Of a stretch of 64,000 nt of DNA, positions 40,842 through 50,320 are shown piece by piece (position 1 is the first letter of the stretch; every line of letters begins with the position of its first letter). Below the pieces are notes generated by a model. The model made no database searches and had not been told where the DNA came from. It saw nothing but the letters and a program-made list of their open reading frames with translations. The DNA is from a bacterium. Its GTDB lineage: Bacteria; UBA8248. The stretch covers positions 2,784,001 through 2,848,000 of the forward strand of contig OZ241326.1 in the NCBI GenBank assembly GCA_965199855.1. Direction: 5' to 3'. Both the position numbers and the translations under genes were made by a program.

Positions 40842-41780
40842 TCATTCTATCAGGCTTCTCAGGTTTCCGGTCAGTTCGTCCGCGCGGAACCAACGGGGAT
40901 CGTTCCGGATGAATATCTCCCGCCCCTTGTATCGCGCGCTTCGGAAGCCGTCCTTTTTCTTCGCCCCGTTTCTCTGGTCGTCCGTCCGGTTGATCGTGTA
41001 GTGCCAGCTTCGGTCGTCGATGGCGCACGCCCACCCGTAGAGGCTCCGCACTTCTTCATGATCGTCATAGGTGAGAAGAAACGGCAGGCGCTTCTCGTTC
41101 CGACGCAGACACGCGGCCAGCCGCTCATGATCCTCCGGCGAGAACGGGCAGTTGTAGAACTTCTGCTGGTCGGCGTCGTAGTAGGGCGGATCGACGAACA
41201 GGAAGCTGCCGTCCGGCAGCTCGTCGATGACGCCCTCGAAGTCCCGCGAGGAGAGCTCCACCCCCTGCAGTTTGTCGGAGACCGTCCGCAGGTGCGGCGG
41301 CCAGTTCTCTGGGCGCATGGAGTATTTCTCGCCGAAGCCCCAGTAGCAGTTTTCCGGCCGCATGATGCCGCTGTAGGAGGTCCGGTTCAGATAATACCAG
41401 CGAAAGGCGCGCTCGAGGTCGCTCTCCGGCCTGTATTCGCTCTTGTAGAAGGCGTGGTTCTCCTTCGTGGCGCGCACGCCGTCGAGCAGGGAGATCAAAG
41501 ACTCCACCCTGTCCCTGATCTGCGCCAGCGTGTTGATGACCTCGGCGTCCAGATCGTTGAGGATGGAGACCCGCGCCTTCCGCTTCGCGAAGAAGATGGA
41601 GGCGCCGCCGGCGAAAGGCTCGCAGTAGCAGGCGTGCGGCGGGACGAGATCGAGAACGAGGCGGCGGGCGTAGAACTTTCCCCCGGGATAGCGGAAGGGC
41701 GAATTCGATTTTCTCGAACGCGGTCTTTCCCCGGGCTTCGCCTCCGCGGCGCGCCCGAACAAAGACGCCTGCGCATTCAT
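40842..41780 (-). CDS. Dam-family (D12 class) DNA adenine methyltransferase
   Basis: PFRYPGGK, EPFAGGA, LNDLD, LNRTSYSG, FVDPPY. Confidence 0.92.
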   Translation of the reverse strand: MNAQASLFGRAAEAKPGERPRSRKSNSPFRYPGGKFYARRLVLDLVPPHACYCEPFAGGASIFFAKRKARVSILNDLDAEVINTLAQIRDRVESLISLLDGVRATKENHAFYKSEYRPESDLERAFRWYYLNRTSYSGIMRPENCYWGFGEKYSMRPENWPPHLRTVSDKLQGVELSSRDFEGVIDELPDGSFLFVDPPYYDADQQKFYNCPFSPEDHERLAACLRRNEKRLPFLLTYDDHEEVRSLYGWACAIDDRSWHYTINRTDDQRNGAKKKDGFRSARYKGREIFIRNDPRWFRADELTGNLRSLIE

Positions 41781-41814
41781 CGTCCCCGCGTCTCCGCCGC
41801 CCGCCCCGGAAAGG

Positions 41815-42099
41815 CTACCCGATCGCCTTCGGGACGCGGAAGTGGCCCCTCCTGAAGTCGGGCGCCATCCGCTCCATGTTCTCGATGGGGGATTCGGTGA
41901 CCTCGTCCTCGCGGAACACGTTCACCAGGTCGAGGACGTGCGAGGTGGGCGGAACGCCCTCGGTGTCCGCCTCGTTCAGCTTCGAGACGTGCTCCAGAAT
42001 CGCGCCGAGCTGCCCGGTGAACTTCTCGACTTCCTCCTCGCTCAGGTTCAGGCGCGCGAGCCTGGAGACGTGAATCACCTCTTCGCGCGAAATCGGCAT
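41815..42099 (-). CDS. gatC: Asp/Glu-tRNA amidotransferase subunit C
   Basis: ISREEVIHVSRLARL, DTEGVPPTSH, FREDEV, FRVPK. Confidence 0.95.
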   Translation of the reverse strand: MPISREEVIHVSRLARLNLSEEEVEKFTGQLGAILEHVSKLNEADTEGVPPTSHVLDLVNVFREDEVTESPIENMERMAPDFRRGHFRVPKAIG

Positions 42100-42131
42100 G
42101 ACGCTCCCCTCCCCCGCTTCGACGCCCGCCC

Positions 42132-44444
42132 TTATACCTTCGGCCTCTCGCCCGCGTCAACGCCCTCCTCCGCGGGCGAGAGGCGCGCGTAGTTCAGCAC
42201 GAGCTTCCTGCGGCCCGCCTCCTCGAAGTCCACGCTCACCACCGCGCGATCCCCGGTTCCATGGCGCTCCACGACGACGCCCCGCCCGAACTTCTCGTGC
42301 CGCACGCGCGCCCCGGGCGCGTAGGGGCCCAGAGCGGCGGGCGAAACGGCGGACGCGGCGTCCGCCCCGGCGCGGGGCGCGGCCTCCCCCGCCTCCGAGA
42401 GAATCTCCTCGTAGCGCGCCCCGGCGGCGTCGCGCGGCGCGCCCGGGCGTCGCGGGGGCTTTTTGCGGACGGGCGCGTGGTCGCCCACCCGCTTCAGGAA
42501 TTCGGGCGCGATTCCCTCCAGGAACCGGCTCGGCCTGCCCGCCCAGCTCTTCTCCGCCCCCTCCGGCCGCCTCTCCTTCGCCCAGGAGAGGCACAGAATC
42601 TCCTTCGCCCGCGTCGCGCCCACGTAGAGAAGCCTCCGCTCCTCGTCCAGGGACGCCGGCGCGTCCAGGGCGCGGCCGTGCGGAATCAGCCCCTCCTGCG
42701 CGCCGACGATTCCCACCGCCGCGAACTCGAGCCCCTTCGCCGCGTGCAGGGTCATCAGCGAGAGCGCGCCGCTCTCCGCGGAGAACTCGTCCGCCTCGCC
42801 CATCAGCGCCAGCTCCTCGAGAAACAGCGCCTTCGCCTCCTCCGACTCGGGCGCGGCGGCGCCCTCCTCCCGAATCCGCTCCTCGAACGCGGCGGCCGCT
42901 GCGGCGAACTCCCGCGTCCCCTCGATCGCGCGGGCGGCGGCGCGGCGGCGATCGGCCGAGGCGCTCGCGTTCGCGGCTCCCTCCAGCCAGGCGCGATAGC
43001 CCGTCCGCTCCAGCAGCTCCTTGATCAGCCGCGCGGGGCCGGCCTTGAGGGAAGCGAGCGCCCTGATCGTCTCCGTCAGCTCTCCGAGGCTCCGCGCGGC
43101 CTCCCCCTTTATCCGGCCGGCGGCGACGGCCTCCTCCGCGTCGGCCATGGTGAAGCTCTCCGCCCCTTCGGGGGAGATCGCCCGCGCGCGCGTCTCCCCC
43201 AGGCCCCGGGGCGGGCGGTTGACGACGCGGGCGAAGGCCGCCCCGTCCTCCGGCCGGATGAGCGTCCTGAGATAGGCGGCGAGGTCCCGCACCTCGGCGC
43301 GGTCGAAGAAGCGCTGGCCCTTCACCACCCGGTAGGGAATTCCCCGCCTTCGCGCCGCCGCCTCCAGGGGGCGCGACTGCGCGTTGACGCGGTAGAAGAC
43401 GGCGACCTCCCCCCAGGGAACGCGCCCGCCCGCTCCAGCCTCGACGAGGCGGGCGATGATCGCCTCCGCCTCCGCCTCCGGGTCGTCCGCCGCCAGAAAG
43501 CGGACCGCCGCCCCCTCCGGGTTGCTCGTGACCAGGCGCTTGGCGCGGCGCGCGGCGGCGCCGCCCATGACGCGCGAGGCGAAGGCCAGGATGGCGCCGC
43601 TCGAGCGGTAGTTCTCCTCCAGGCGGAACGCGCGCGCCCCGGGGAACCTGCGCTCGAAGTTCAGAATGTTCTCCACGCGCGCCCCCCGCCAGCCGTAGAT
43701 GCCCTGGTCGTCGTCCCCCACGGCGAACACGCGCCCGCGCGCGCGGGAGAGCAGGGCGACCAGCGCGTCCTGGGCTGGGTTGGTGTCCTGGTATTCATCG
43801 ACGAGTATCTCGACGAAGCGCTCCTGATACTTCCGGAGAACGCCGGGACGCGCGCGGAACAGGCGCGGGGGAAGCGCCAGCAGATCGTCGAAGTCCACCG
43901 CGCCCGCCTCGCGCAGGGCGCGCTCGTAGCCGGGCGCCAGCTTCCGCGCCGTCTCGCCCACGCTGAACGGGAGCGGCGGCTCCTCCTCCCCGACCGCCGT
44001 CTTGCGCCGCCCTATCCACTCCAGGACGGCGCGCGGCGAATAGCGCTCCGCGCTGACGCCCGCCGCCTCCATGCGCCGCCTGACGAGCGCGAGGCATTCC
44101 GAGCGCGAGAAGACGGCGAAGTTCCGGGGAAGGCCCGCCGCCTCCGCCTCGGCTCTCAGGATGCGGGCGCAGACGGCGTGAAAGGTGCCCAGCCAGACGC
44201 CCCGCGCCCCCTCTCCCAGGGCGGCGGCCAGGCGCTCGCGCATCTCGCCCGCCGCCTTGTTCGTGAAGGTGATGGCCAGGATCTCCGAGGGGGCGGCGCC
44301 CTCCTCCAGCAGGCGCAGGACGCGGCGGACGAGCACCCGCGTCTTGCCGGAGCCCGCCCCCGCCAGAACCAGGTTCGCGCCCGGAGGCGCCAGCACGGCC
44401 TCCCTCTGCTGGGGGTTCAGGTTCGCCAGGTAGTCCGCGGACAC
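42132..44444 (-). CDS. pcrA: UvrD/PcrA superfamily 1 DNA helicase
   Basis: AGAGSGKT, TFTNKAA, VDEYQD, ENYRS, TLHAAKGLEF, EERRLLYVG; C-terminal RHEKFGRG domain. Confidence 0.92.
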   Translation of the reverse strand: MSADYLANLNPQQREAVLAPPGANLVLAGAGSGKTRVLVRRVLRLLEEGAAPSEILAITFTNKAAGEMRERLAAALGEGARGVWLGTFHAVCARILRAEAEAAGLPRNFAVFSRSECLALVRRRMEAAGVSAERYSPRAVLEWIGRRKTAVGEEEPPLPFSVGETARKLAPGYERALREAGAVDFDDLLALPPRLFRARPGVLRKYQERFVEILVDEYQDTNPAQDALVALLSRARGRVFAVGDDDQGIYGWRGARVENILNFERRFPGARAFRLEENYRSSGAILAFASRVMGGAAARRAKRLVTSNPEGAAVRFLAADDPEAEAEAIIARLVEAGAGGRVPWGEVAVFYRVNAQSRPLEAAARRRGIPYRVVKGQRFFDRAEVRDLAAYLRTLIRPEDGAAFARVVNRPPRGLGETRARAISPEGAESFTMADAEEAVAAGRIKGEAARSLGELTETIRALASLKAGPARLIKELLERTGYRAWLEGAANASASADRRRAAARAIEGTREFAAAAAAFEERIREEGAAAPESEEAKALFLEELALMGEADEFSAESGALSLMTLHAAKGLEFAAVGIVGAQEGLIPHGRALDAPASLDEERRLLYVGATRAKEILCLSWAKERRPEGAEKSWAGRPSRFLEGIAPEFLKRVGDHAPVRKKPPRRPGAPRDAAGARYEEILSEAGEAAPRAGADAASAVSPAALGPYAPGARVRHEKFGRGVVVERHGTGDRAVVSVDFEEAGRRKLVLNYARLSPAEEGVDAGERPKV

Positions 44445-44459
44445 GGGCGCGCGGGGGGG

Positions 44460-45236
44460 CTACAGCGGGCGGGGGGCGACGCGCGGCCTCGCGCCCCGGA
44501 AGAACGACTTGGCGGGCCAGACCCCCCTGGCGACGACGGCGCCCGGCGCCACCCAGCAGCCGGGGCCCAGAAGCGCGCCCGGCGAGGTCACCGCGTTGCA
44601 GCCGAGCTCGGCGTCGTCGCCCACCACGGCGCCGAACTTCCCGAGCCCTGTGTCGAGCTCCCCGCCCTCCGCCCGGACGCGGACGCTCCGCGCGGCGCCC
44701 GCGCGCTTCTCCTCCTCCGTCCGGAACCGGAGGTTCGCCAGCTTGACGCCCGCCCCCAGGTTCGCCCGCGCCCCCAGGAGGCTGTCCCCCACGTAGGCGA
44801 AATGCCCCGCCTCCGCGCCGTTCAGAAGCGCGCTGTTCTTCACCTCCGTCGCGTGGCCCACGACCGCGCCGGGGCCGATGAGGCAGTTCTCGCGCAGATA
44901 CGCTCCGTGCCGCAGCTCGGCGCCCCCGCAAAGGAGCGCGGGGCCCTTGATGACGACGCCCGGCTCGACCCGCGCCCCCGCCTCGATGAGCAGGCCGAGC
45001 GAGGGGACTTTCAGCCTCTCCTTCGGGACGAGGAGCCCCTCGCTCACCGCCAGCCCCTCCTCGACGCGCAGGGCGGGGACGTCGGGCGCGGGAGCGTCCG
45101 CCGCGTCCGCCAGCGCGCGGAGGAAGCCTCCCAGCAGGGCGACGGCCTCCCAGACGCGCTCCGCGCCCTCGAACAGCTCCCGGTGGGGAAACGCGCCGAG
45201 TTCCCGGAAATAGGCGTCGGGGGCGGTCGCGCTCAT
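44460..45236 (-). CDS. Stand-alone left-handed beta-helix acetyltransferase (GlmU C-terminal-like)
   Basis: GHATEVKNS, GHFAYVGDSLLG, NLGAG, ANLR, KFGAVVGD. Confidence 0.82.
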   Translation of the reverse strand: MSATAPDAYFRELGAFPHRELFEGAERVWEAVALLGGFLRALADAADAPAPDVPALRVEEGLAVSEGLLVPKERLKVPSLGLLIEAGARVEPGVVIKGPALLCGGAELRHGAYLRENCLIGPGAVVGHATEVKNSALLNGAEAGHFAYVGDSLLGARANLGAGVKLANLRFRTEEEKRAGAARSVRVRAEGGELDTGLGKFGAVVGDDAELGCNAVTSPGALLGPGCWVAPGAVVARGVWPAKSFFRGARPRVAPRPL

Positions 45237-47155
45237 TCGCCGACCCCCAGATGCCACGCGCCCAGCGGCGTGATGCGCAGGCCGTCCCCCTCCGTCTCCG
45301 CCAGTCCGCCGCGCAGCGCCTCCCCGCGGACGCCCGCCGGGCGGACGGGCGCGCCGAAGTCGTCCGCGTCCAGAAGCGCGTCCATCGCCGCCGCGTCCAT
45401 GCCGCCCTCCCGCAGGGCCTCGAGCAGGCGCCTCTCCGCCCGCGCGCCGGGAGAGGCGGCGTCCTTCATCCGCGCCAGAATCTCGCGCAGAACCTCCTCC
45501 CCGACGGCGGAGAGCCTCTCCGCCCAGGCCGCGGGGCCCCTGAGAACCACGCCCGTCCTGCTCTCGGTGCCCGAGCTTCTCGCGTAGATCGCCCCCAGCG
45601 GCGCGCCCGCCGCGTCCTCCAGGACGAGGCGCAGGACGCCGGGGTCGTCCTCCAGGGGCGCCCAGCGCGGCGCGGCGGCTCCCTCGAAGGCGGCCTCCGC
45701 GCTCGCCATGAGCCTCGCCGCCACGGCCTCGCGCGCCGCGCCCCCCGGCGCGAGGCGGCGCCTGTCCACGTGGTAGGCGTAGCGCGACTCCTTGAACCCC
45801 CGCGGAAACGGGGCGGCGAGGACGGCGTGCGCCTCCTCCGGCGTCGCGTCCTCAAGGAGGCCGCGCGCCGCCGCGCAGGTGTTGAGAAAGCTCTTGAGGC
45901 CGTCTCCCGCCGCGATTCTTCTTCCCTCGCCCGCCGCGTTGGCGAGCAGGCCCGGAACGACCGTATGCCCCGATTCCTCCCCGCCCATGACGAAGCCGTC
46001 CCCCAGCCTTCGCGCCTCGCGCAGAATCCACTTGTCCCCGACGGGGGTGAAGACCACCCGCAGCCCCATGCGCGCGAGCGCGGACGCCGCCCCGGAGTCG
46101 CTCTCTATCGTGAGGACGGCCGCCCCGCCCTCGGGCAGCTCGCCCTCGCGCGCGAGAAAGCGCGCCTGGAGGACGAGGGCGTCGTCCCCGTCCAGGACGC
46201 GGAGCGCGTCCCCGAAGGGGTCGTAAAAGAGGGCGCAGCTCCTGTCGCCGTCCGCGTCGAAGACGCAGGCCGCCGCCAGCCCCTCGCCGCGCCGAAGCGC
46301 CCCGCGCCGCGCGCGGCCCGCCTCGAGGAGCGCGCGCGCCCCCGCGTGGGCGGCGAGGAAGCTTTCGTCCGTCCTCCGGACGGCGCGCCTGCCCTCGAGC
46401 GCGACCGCGCCGCCGCCCTCGTTCACCCGCCCGCGGCCCAGGGGGTTCACCTCCCTGACGCTCCGGGGGGAGAACCCCTCGACAATCTGGGCGGCCAGCC
46501 CGCTCCACGCCCCGCCCGCCGCGTCGATCGCCACGTCCCACCCGGCGAGCGCGCCCTCGCGCAGCCAGCAGTTGGGCAGCCGCGCGAGGTAGTCCGAATA
46601 GAACGCGCGCGCCTCCGCCGCCGCCTCCACGCGGCGCCCGCCCGCGCGGACGCTCTCGGCCGGAGGCCAGCCGCCCGCCCAGACGCGGGCGCTCAGGGCG
46701 GCGTCCTCCTCCGGCAGGGGCTTGGCCGAATCGGGGGAGAGGAGGATTTTCACGCCGTTCTGCTCCGCCGGGTTGTGCGAGGCGGTGAGCGCCGCCGCCC
46801 CCGCCCCGCCCACGCCCGCCAGATAGACCGCCGCCGCCGGGGTGGGCAGCACGCCCGTCACGAGGACGTGCGCCCCCGCGCGGGCGAGGGCGTCCGCGCA
46901 CGCGGAGGAGAGCTCTCCGCTCTCGTCCCTCGGGTCCCAGGCCAGCACGACCGCCGTCGGGGAGATGAGCCGCTCGGAGGCCCTCTCCAGCAGCCAGACG
47001 CCCGTCTCGAAGACGTAGTGCGCGATGAACGCGGGCGTGAGGACGCCGCTTTCCGCGAACGCCGCGCGGGCGTCCGCCCCCGCCGCCCGGGGGTGGGACT
47101 CGTCCACCACCAGGCCGCGAACCCCGTCCGTTCCCTGAAGCGCGGCCTTCGGCAT
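45233..47155 (-). CDS. glmM: Phosphohexomutase, probable phosphoglucosamine mutase
   Basis: GTDGVRG, TASHNP, FDADGDR, TPVGDK, GGEESGH; directly follows glmS. Confidence 0.8.
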   Translation of the reverse strand: MPKAALQGTDGVRGLVVDESHPRAAGADARAAFAESGVLTPAFIAHYVFETGVWLLERASERLISPTAVVLAWDPRDESGELSSACADALARAGAHVLVTGVLPTPAAAVYLAGVGGAGAAALTASHNPAEQNGVKILLSPDSAKPLPEEDAALSARVWAGGWPPAESVRAGGRRVEAAAEARAFYSDYLARLPNCWLREGALAGWDVAIDAAGGAWSGLAAQIVEGFSPRSVREVNPLGRGRVNEGGGAVALEGRRAVRRTDESFLAAHAGARALLEAGRARRGALRRGEGLAAACVFDADGDRSCALFYDPFGDALRVLDGDDALVLQARFLAREGELPEGGAAVLTIESDSGAASALARMGLRVVFTPVGDKWILREARRLGDGFVMGGEESGHTVVPGLLANAAGEGRRIAAGDGLKSFLNTCAAARGLLEDATPEEAHAVLAAPFPRGFKESRYAYHVDRRRLAPGGAAREAVAARLMASAEAAFEGAAAPRWAPLEDDPGVLRLVLEDAAGAPLGAIYARSSGTESRTGVVLRGPAAWAERLSAVGEEVLREILARMKDAASPGARAERRLLEALREGGMDAAAMDALLDADDFGAPVRPAGVRGEALRGGLAETEGDGLRITPLGAWHLGVGE

Positions 47156-47178
47156 GGCGGGAGAGGGGGCCTGAGGTC

Positions 47179-49002
47179 TCAGGCGACGGTGACGGACTTC
47201 GCCAGGGCGCGCGGCCTGTCCACGTCGCGCTTGAGCGCCACCGCGAGAAAGTAGGCCAGCAGCTGCCCCGCCACCATGTGCAGGAAGGGGGCGAGCGTCG
47301 CGGAGACCCTCGGCAGCGCGATTTCCTCGCTGAACAGCCCCCGCGACGCCTCGTCCCCGTCGAAGCGGTAGCCCAGCAGGAAGCCGCCCCGCGCGCGAAC
47401 CTCCTCCGCGCTGCTCCGCGTGAGGGCGTGCAGCGCGGCCTCCTCGGGCGCGGGCATGAGGACGACGCTGCGCATGTTCTCGTCTATCAGGGAGATGGTG
47501 CCGTGCTTCAGGAAGCCCGCGCTCATGCCCTCGGCGTGGAGGTAGGTGACCTCCTTCATCTTGAGGGCGCACTCGAGCGCCGCGGGGTAATAGACGCCCC
47601 GGCCCAGGTAGAACCAGTTTTTCATGTGCTGGTGCGCTCCCGCCGCCGCGTGGAGGAAGCCGGAGCGCTCGTTGAGCGTCTCCAGCACCAGCTCCGGCAG
47701 GGAGGCCGCCTCCTCGCGCAGCGCCGCGGCCCCGCGCGCGTCCAGGCGTCCGCCGAGGCGGCCCAGCTCGAGGGCGGCGAGCAGCAGGATGACCGCCTGG
47801 CTCAGGGCGGCCTTCGTGCTGATGACGCACTTCTCCGGCCCCGCCCGCTGGAGAACGGGGACGTCCACCGAGCGCGCCAGGGTGGAGCCCGGCACGTTCA
47901 CTATCGCCGCCGTCCGCGCCCCTCCCTCCTTCGCGTGGCGCAGGGCGCTCAGGGTGTCGTAGGTCTCCCCCGACTGGCTGACGGCGCAAAAGGCGTCCCC
48001 GGGGCCGACTTCGGCGAGATGGGGAAATTCGTCCGTGCTGACGACGGGCAGGTATCTCCCGGCCAGGCGGCTGAAGAAATACTGGCCCATCGAGGCGGCG
48101 TAGAAGGTCGTGCCCACCCCGCCCAGGAAGCAGCGCTCCGACCCGTGAATCATCCGCGCCAGCGCGCGAATCTCCTCCGCCGGTATGTCGAGGGCGGCCT
48201 GGACGGTGGAGGGCTGATCGTAAATCTCCTTGAGCATGAAGTGGGGATAGCCGCCCCGGCGCGCCGTCTCCGCGCTCCATTCGATTTCGGTGACCCGCCT
48301 GTCGATTCTCTCGCGCGTGAGCAGGCTCCTGACCACGCAGCCGGCGGGGGTCACAAGCGCGTATTCGCCGTCCTCCATGATGATCGCCTGACGGGTGAAC
48401 TCGATGAACGCGCTGAAGTCGGAGCCCACGTAGCTGGCGTCGTCGCCCAGCCCGATGATGAGGGGCGACTCGCGCCTCGCGCAGAAAATCGTCCCCGGCG
48501 CGTCGGCGGAGACCATCGCCAGCGCGAAGGCGCCCTCCAGCTCCTCGATCGCCTCGACGAAGCCCGCCTCCGCGTCGCCGCCGCTCCGCGCGATCTTCTC
48601 CGCCGCCAGATGCGCGATCACCTCCGTGTCGGTCTCGGAGCGGAACGCGGCGCCCCCCGCCGCCAGCCGCCCGCGCAGCTCCCTGTAGTTCGAGATGATG
48701 CCGTTGTGCACCACGGCCAGGCGGCTCTCGCCGTCGGCGTGGGGGTGGGCGTTCGCCCGGGTCACCCCGCCGTGCGTCGCCCAGCGCGTGTGGGCGATGC
48801 CCACCGCCCCCTTCATGTCCGAGAAGCGCTCGACGGCGTTCACCGCCTCGACGGTGCCCACGTTCTTGCGGATGTCGATGACGCCGTTCCGCTGGACGGC
48901 CATGCCGCAGGAGTCGTAGCCCCGGTATTCCAGGGCGGCTATCGAGCGCAGGAGCTTCCTCGACACGTTCGCGCGCGCCGCCATGCCCGCGATGCCGCAC
49001 AT
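47179..49002 (-). CDS. glmS: Glutamine-fructose-6-phosphate transaminase
   Basis: MCGI, EYRGYDS, HTRWATHG, SQSGET, LKMKE, LAKSVTV. Confidence 0.96.
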   Translation of the reverse strand: MCGIAGMAARANVSRKLLRSIAALEYRGYDSCGMAVQRNGVIDIRKNVGTVEAVNAVERFSDMKGAVGIAHTRWATHGGVTRANAHPHADGESRLAVVHNGIISNYRELRGRLAAGGAAFRSETDTEVIAHLAAEKIARSGGDAEAGFVEAIEELEGAFALAMVSADAPGTIFCARRESPLIIGLGDDASYVGSDFSAFIEFTRQAIIMEDGEYALVTPAGCVVRSLLTRERIDRRVTEIEWSAETARRGGYPHFMLKEIYDQPSTVQAALDIPAEEIRALARMIHGSERCFLGGVGTTFYAASMGQYFFSRLAGRYLPVVSTDEFPHLAEVGPGDAFCAVSQSGETYDTLSALRHAKEGGARTAAIVNVPGSTLARSVDVPVLQRAGPEKCVISTKAALSQAVILLLAALELGRLGGRLDARGAAALREEAASLPELVLETLNERSGFLHAAAGAHQHMKNWFYLGRGVYYPAALECALKMKEVTYLHAEGMSAGFLKHGTISLIDENMRSVVLMPAPEEAALHALTRSSAEEVRARGGFLLGYRFDGDEASRGLFSEEIALPRVSATLAPFLHMVAGQLLAYFLAVALKRDVDRPRALAKSVTVA

Positions 49003-49062
49003 TTTCATTCTCCTCCCGGGCGAGAGGGCGGCGTCCTCGGGAGGCGCCGGGCGCCGCGCATT

Positions 49063-50268
49063 CTAGTCCGCCTCCGCCGGCCAGGTGCAGTGGTGCGGAA
49101 TGACCTCGCCGGGCGGAACGACGGAGCCCGGCGCCAGCGTGTTCGAGGCGCCCACCCGCGCCCCGTCGCCCAGGAAGGAGCCCACCTTGTCGAGGCCGGA
49201 ATCCACCGCTCCCCCCGGCATCCGCACCGCGACGGGAGACTGATCCTCGTTCTGGATGAGCGTCATCGTCCCCGAGCCCACGACGGCGCCCTCGCCGACC
49301 ACGCTGTCGCTCACGAACGACATGCGCCCCACCCGGACGCCGTCCAGCAGGGTGCAGTTCTTGAGCTCCACGCCGAACCCGACGACGGCGTTCGCGCCGA
49401 TGGCCGTGTAGGGGCGCACCAGAACGCCGTTTCCCAGAAACGCGCCCTCCCCGATGAAGCAGGGGCCGAAGATGGAGGTGCCCGATTCGATCACCACGTT
49501 CCTCTCGATCCGCGCGGGGCCGCGAAACTGCACCGTGCCCCTGAGCCGCACGCTGCCGTCCACGCGCGCCTCCGTCCATCCGTCCATGACCATCCGGTTG
49601 CCCTTGAGCAGGTCCCAGGGATGCCGGGCGTCCAGCCAGGGATCCTCCTGGATCGAGGAGCGCAGGCCCTCCTTCGCGCAAAGCTCGTTCATCGCCTCGT
49701 CCATGTCGAGGCGCTCCAGCAGGTCGAACAGCCGGTAGGGCATGACGAACAGGCCGGCGAGAACGTAGTTGCCCATCTCGCGCGCCGCGGGCTTCTCCAC
49801 CAGCCGCTCGATGCGCATGTCCTCGCCGAGGTAGACCGTCCCGTAGTTCTGGGCGTCGGAGGTGTGGCAAATCGCCGCCACGGGCTGCCCGAAGGAGCCG
49901 AACATCTGGACGACCCGCCGATACATGCCCTCCGACGCCAGCACGTCCGCGTACGCCAGCAGAAACGACTCGTCCTCCCGGAAGCATTCCCTCGCCAGCC
50001 GCGCGGCGTCGCGGATGCCCGTCGGCTCGCTCTGGCGAACGTAGCGAATCGTCACCCCGTGGCGCGCGCCCTGGCCGAACTCGTCGATGATGCACTCGGC
50101 GCGATGCCCGACCACGACGACCAGGTCGCTCACGCCGGCGGCGCGCATCTTCTCCACGGCCGAGCGCAGGAGAACCTCGCCCGCCACCGGCAGCATGGAC
50201 TTGGGCCGGGTGCTCGTGAAGGGGTAGAGGCCGGCACCTTGGCCGGCCGCCAGAACCAGAGCTCTCAA
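49063..50268 (-). CDS. Archaeal-type GlmU-like protein (nucleotidyltransferase + beta-helix) with degenerate motifs
   Basis: LAAGQGAGLYPFTSTRPK, YVRQ, LVEKP, hexapeptide repeats, ELKNC. Confidence 0.8.
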   Translation of the reverse strand: MRALVLAAGQGAGLYPFTSTRPKSMLPVAGEVLLRSAVEKMRAAGVSDLVVVVGHRAECIIDEFGQGARHGVTIRYVRQSEPTGIRDAARLARECFREDESFLLAYADVLASEGMYRRVVQMFGSFGQPVAAICHTSDAQNYGTVYLGEDMRIERLVEKPAAREMGNYVLAGLFVMPYRLFDLLERLDMDEAMNELCAKEGLRSSIQEDPWLDARHPWDLLKGNRMVMDGWTEARVDGSVRLRGTVQFRGPARIERNVVIESGTSIFGPCFIGEGAFLGNGVLVRPYTAIGANAVVGFGVELKNCTLLDGVRVGRMSFVSDSVVGEGAVVGSGTMTLIQNEDQSPVAVRMPGGAVDSGLDKVGSFLGDGARVGASNTLAPGSVVPPGEVIPHHCTWPAEAD

Positions 50269-50320
50269 AAGACGCCTCTCGGAGGTTCGCCGGGCATGGC
50301 CCGGAAGCGGGCGGCTGCGC

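Noticed and set aside
47156-50095. N-terminal part of the 1620-aa ORF
   Set aside because: Alternate frame over glmS and the GlmU-like gene; only the part from MPKAALQGTDG (47155) is the mutase, so this is not a giant fusion.
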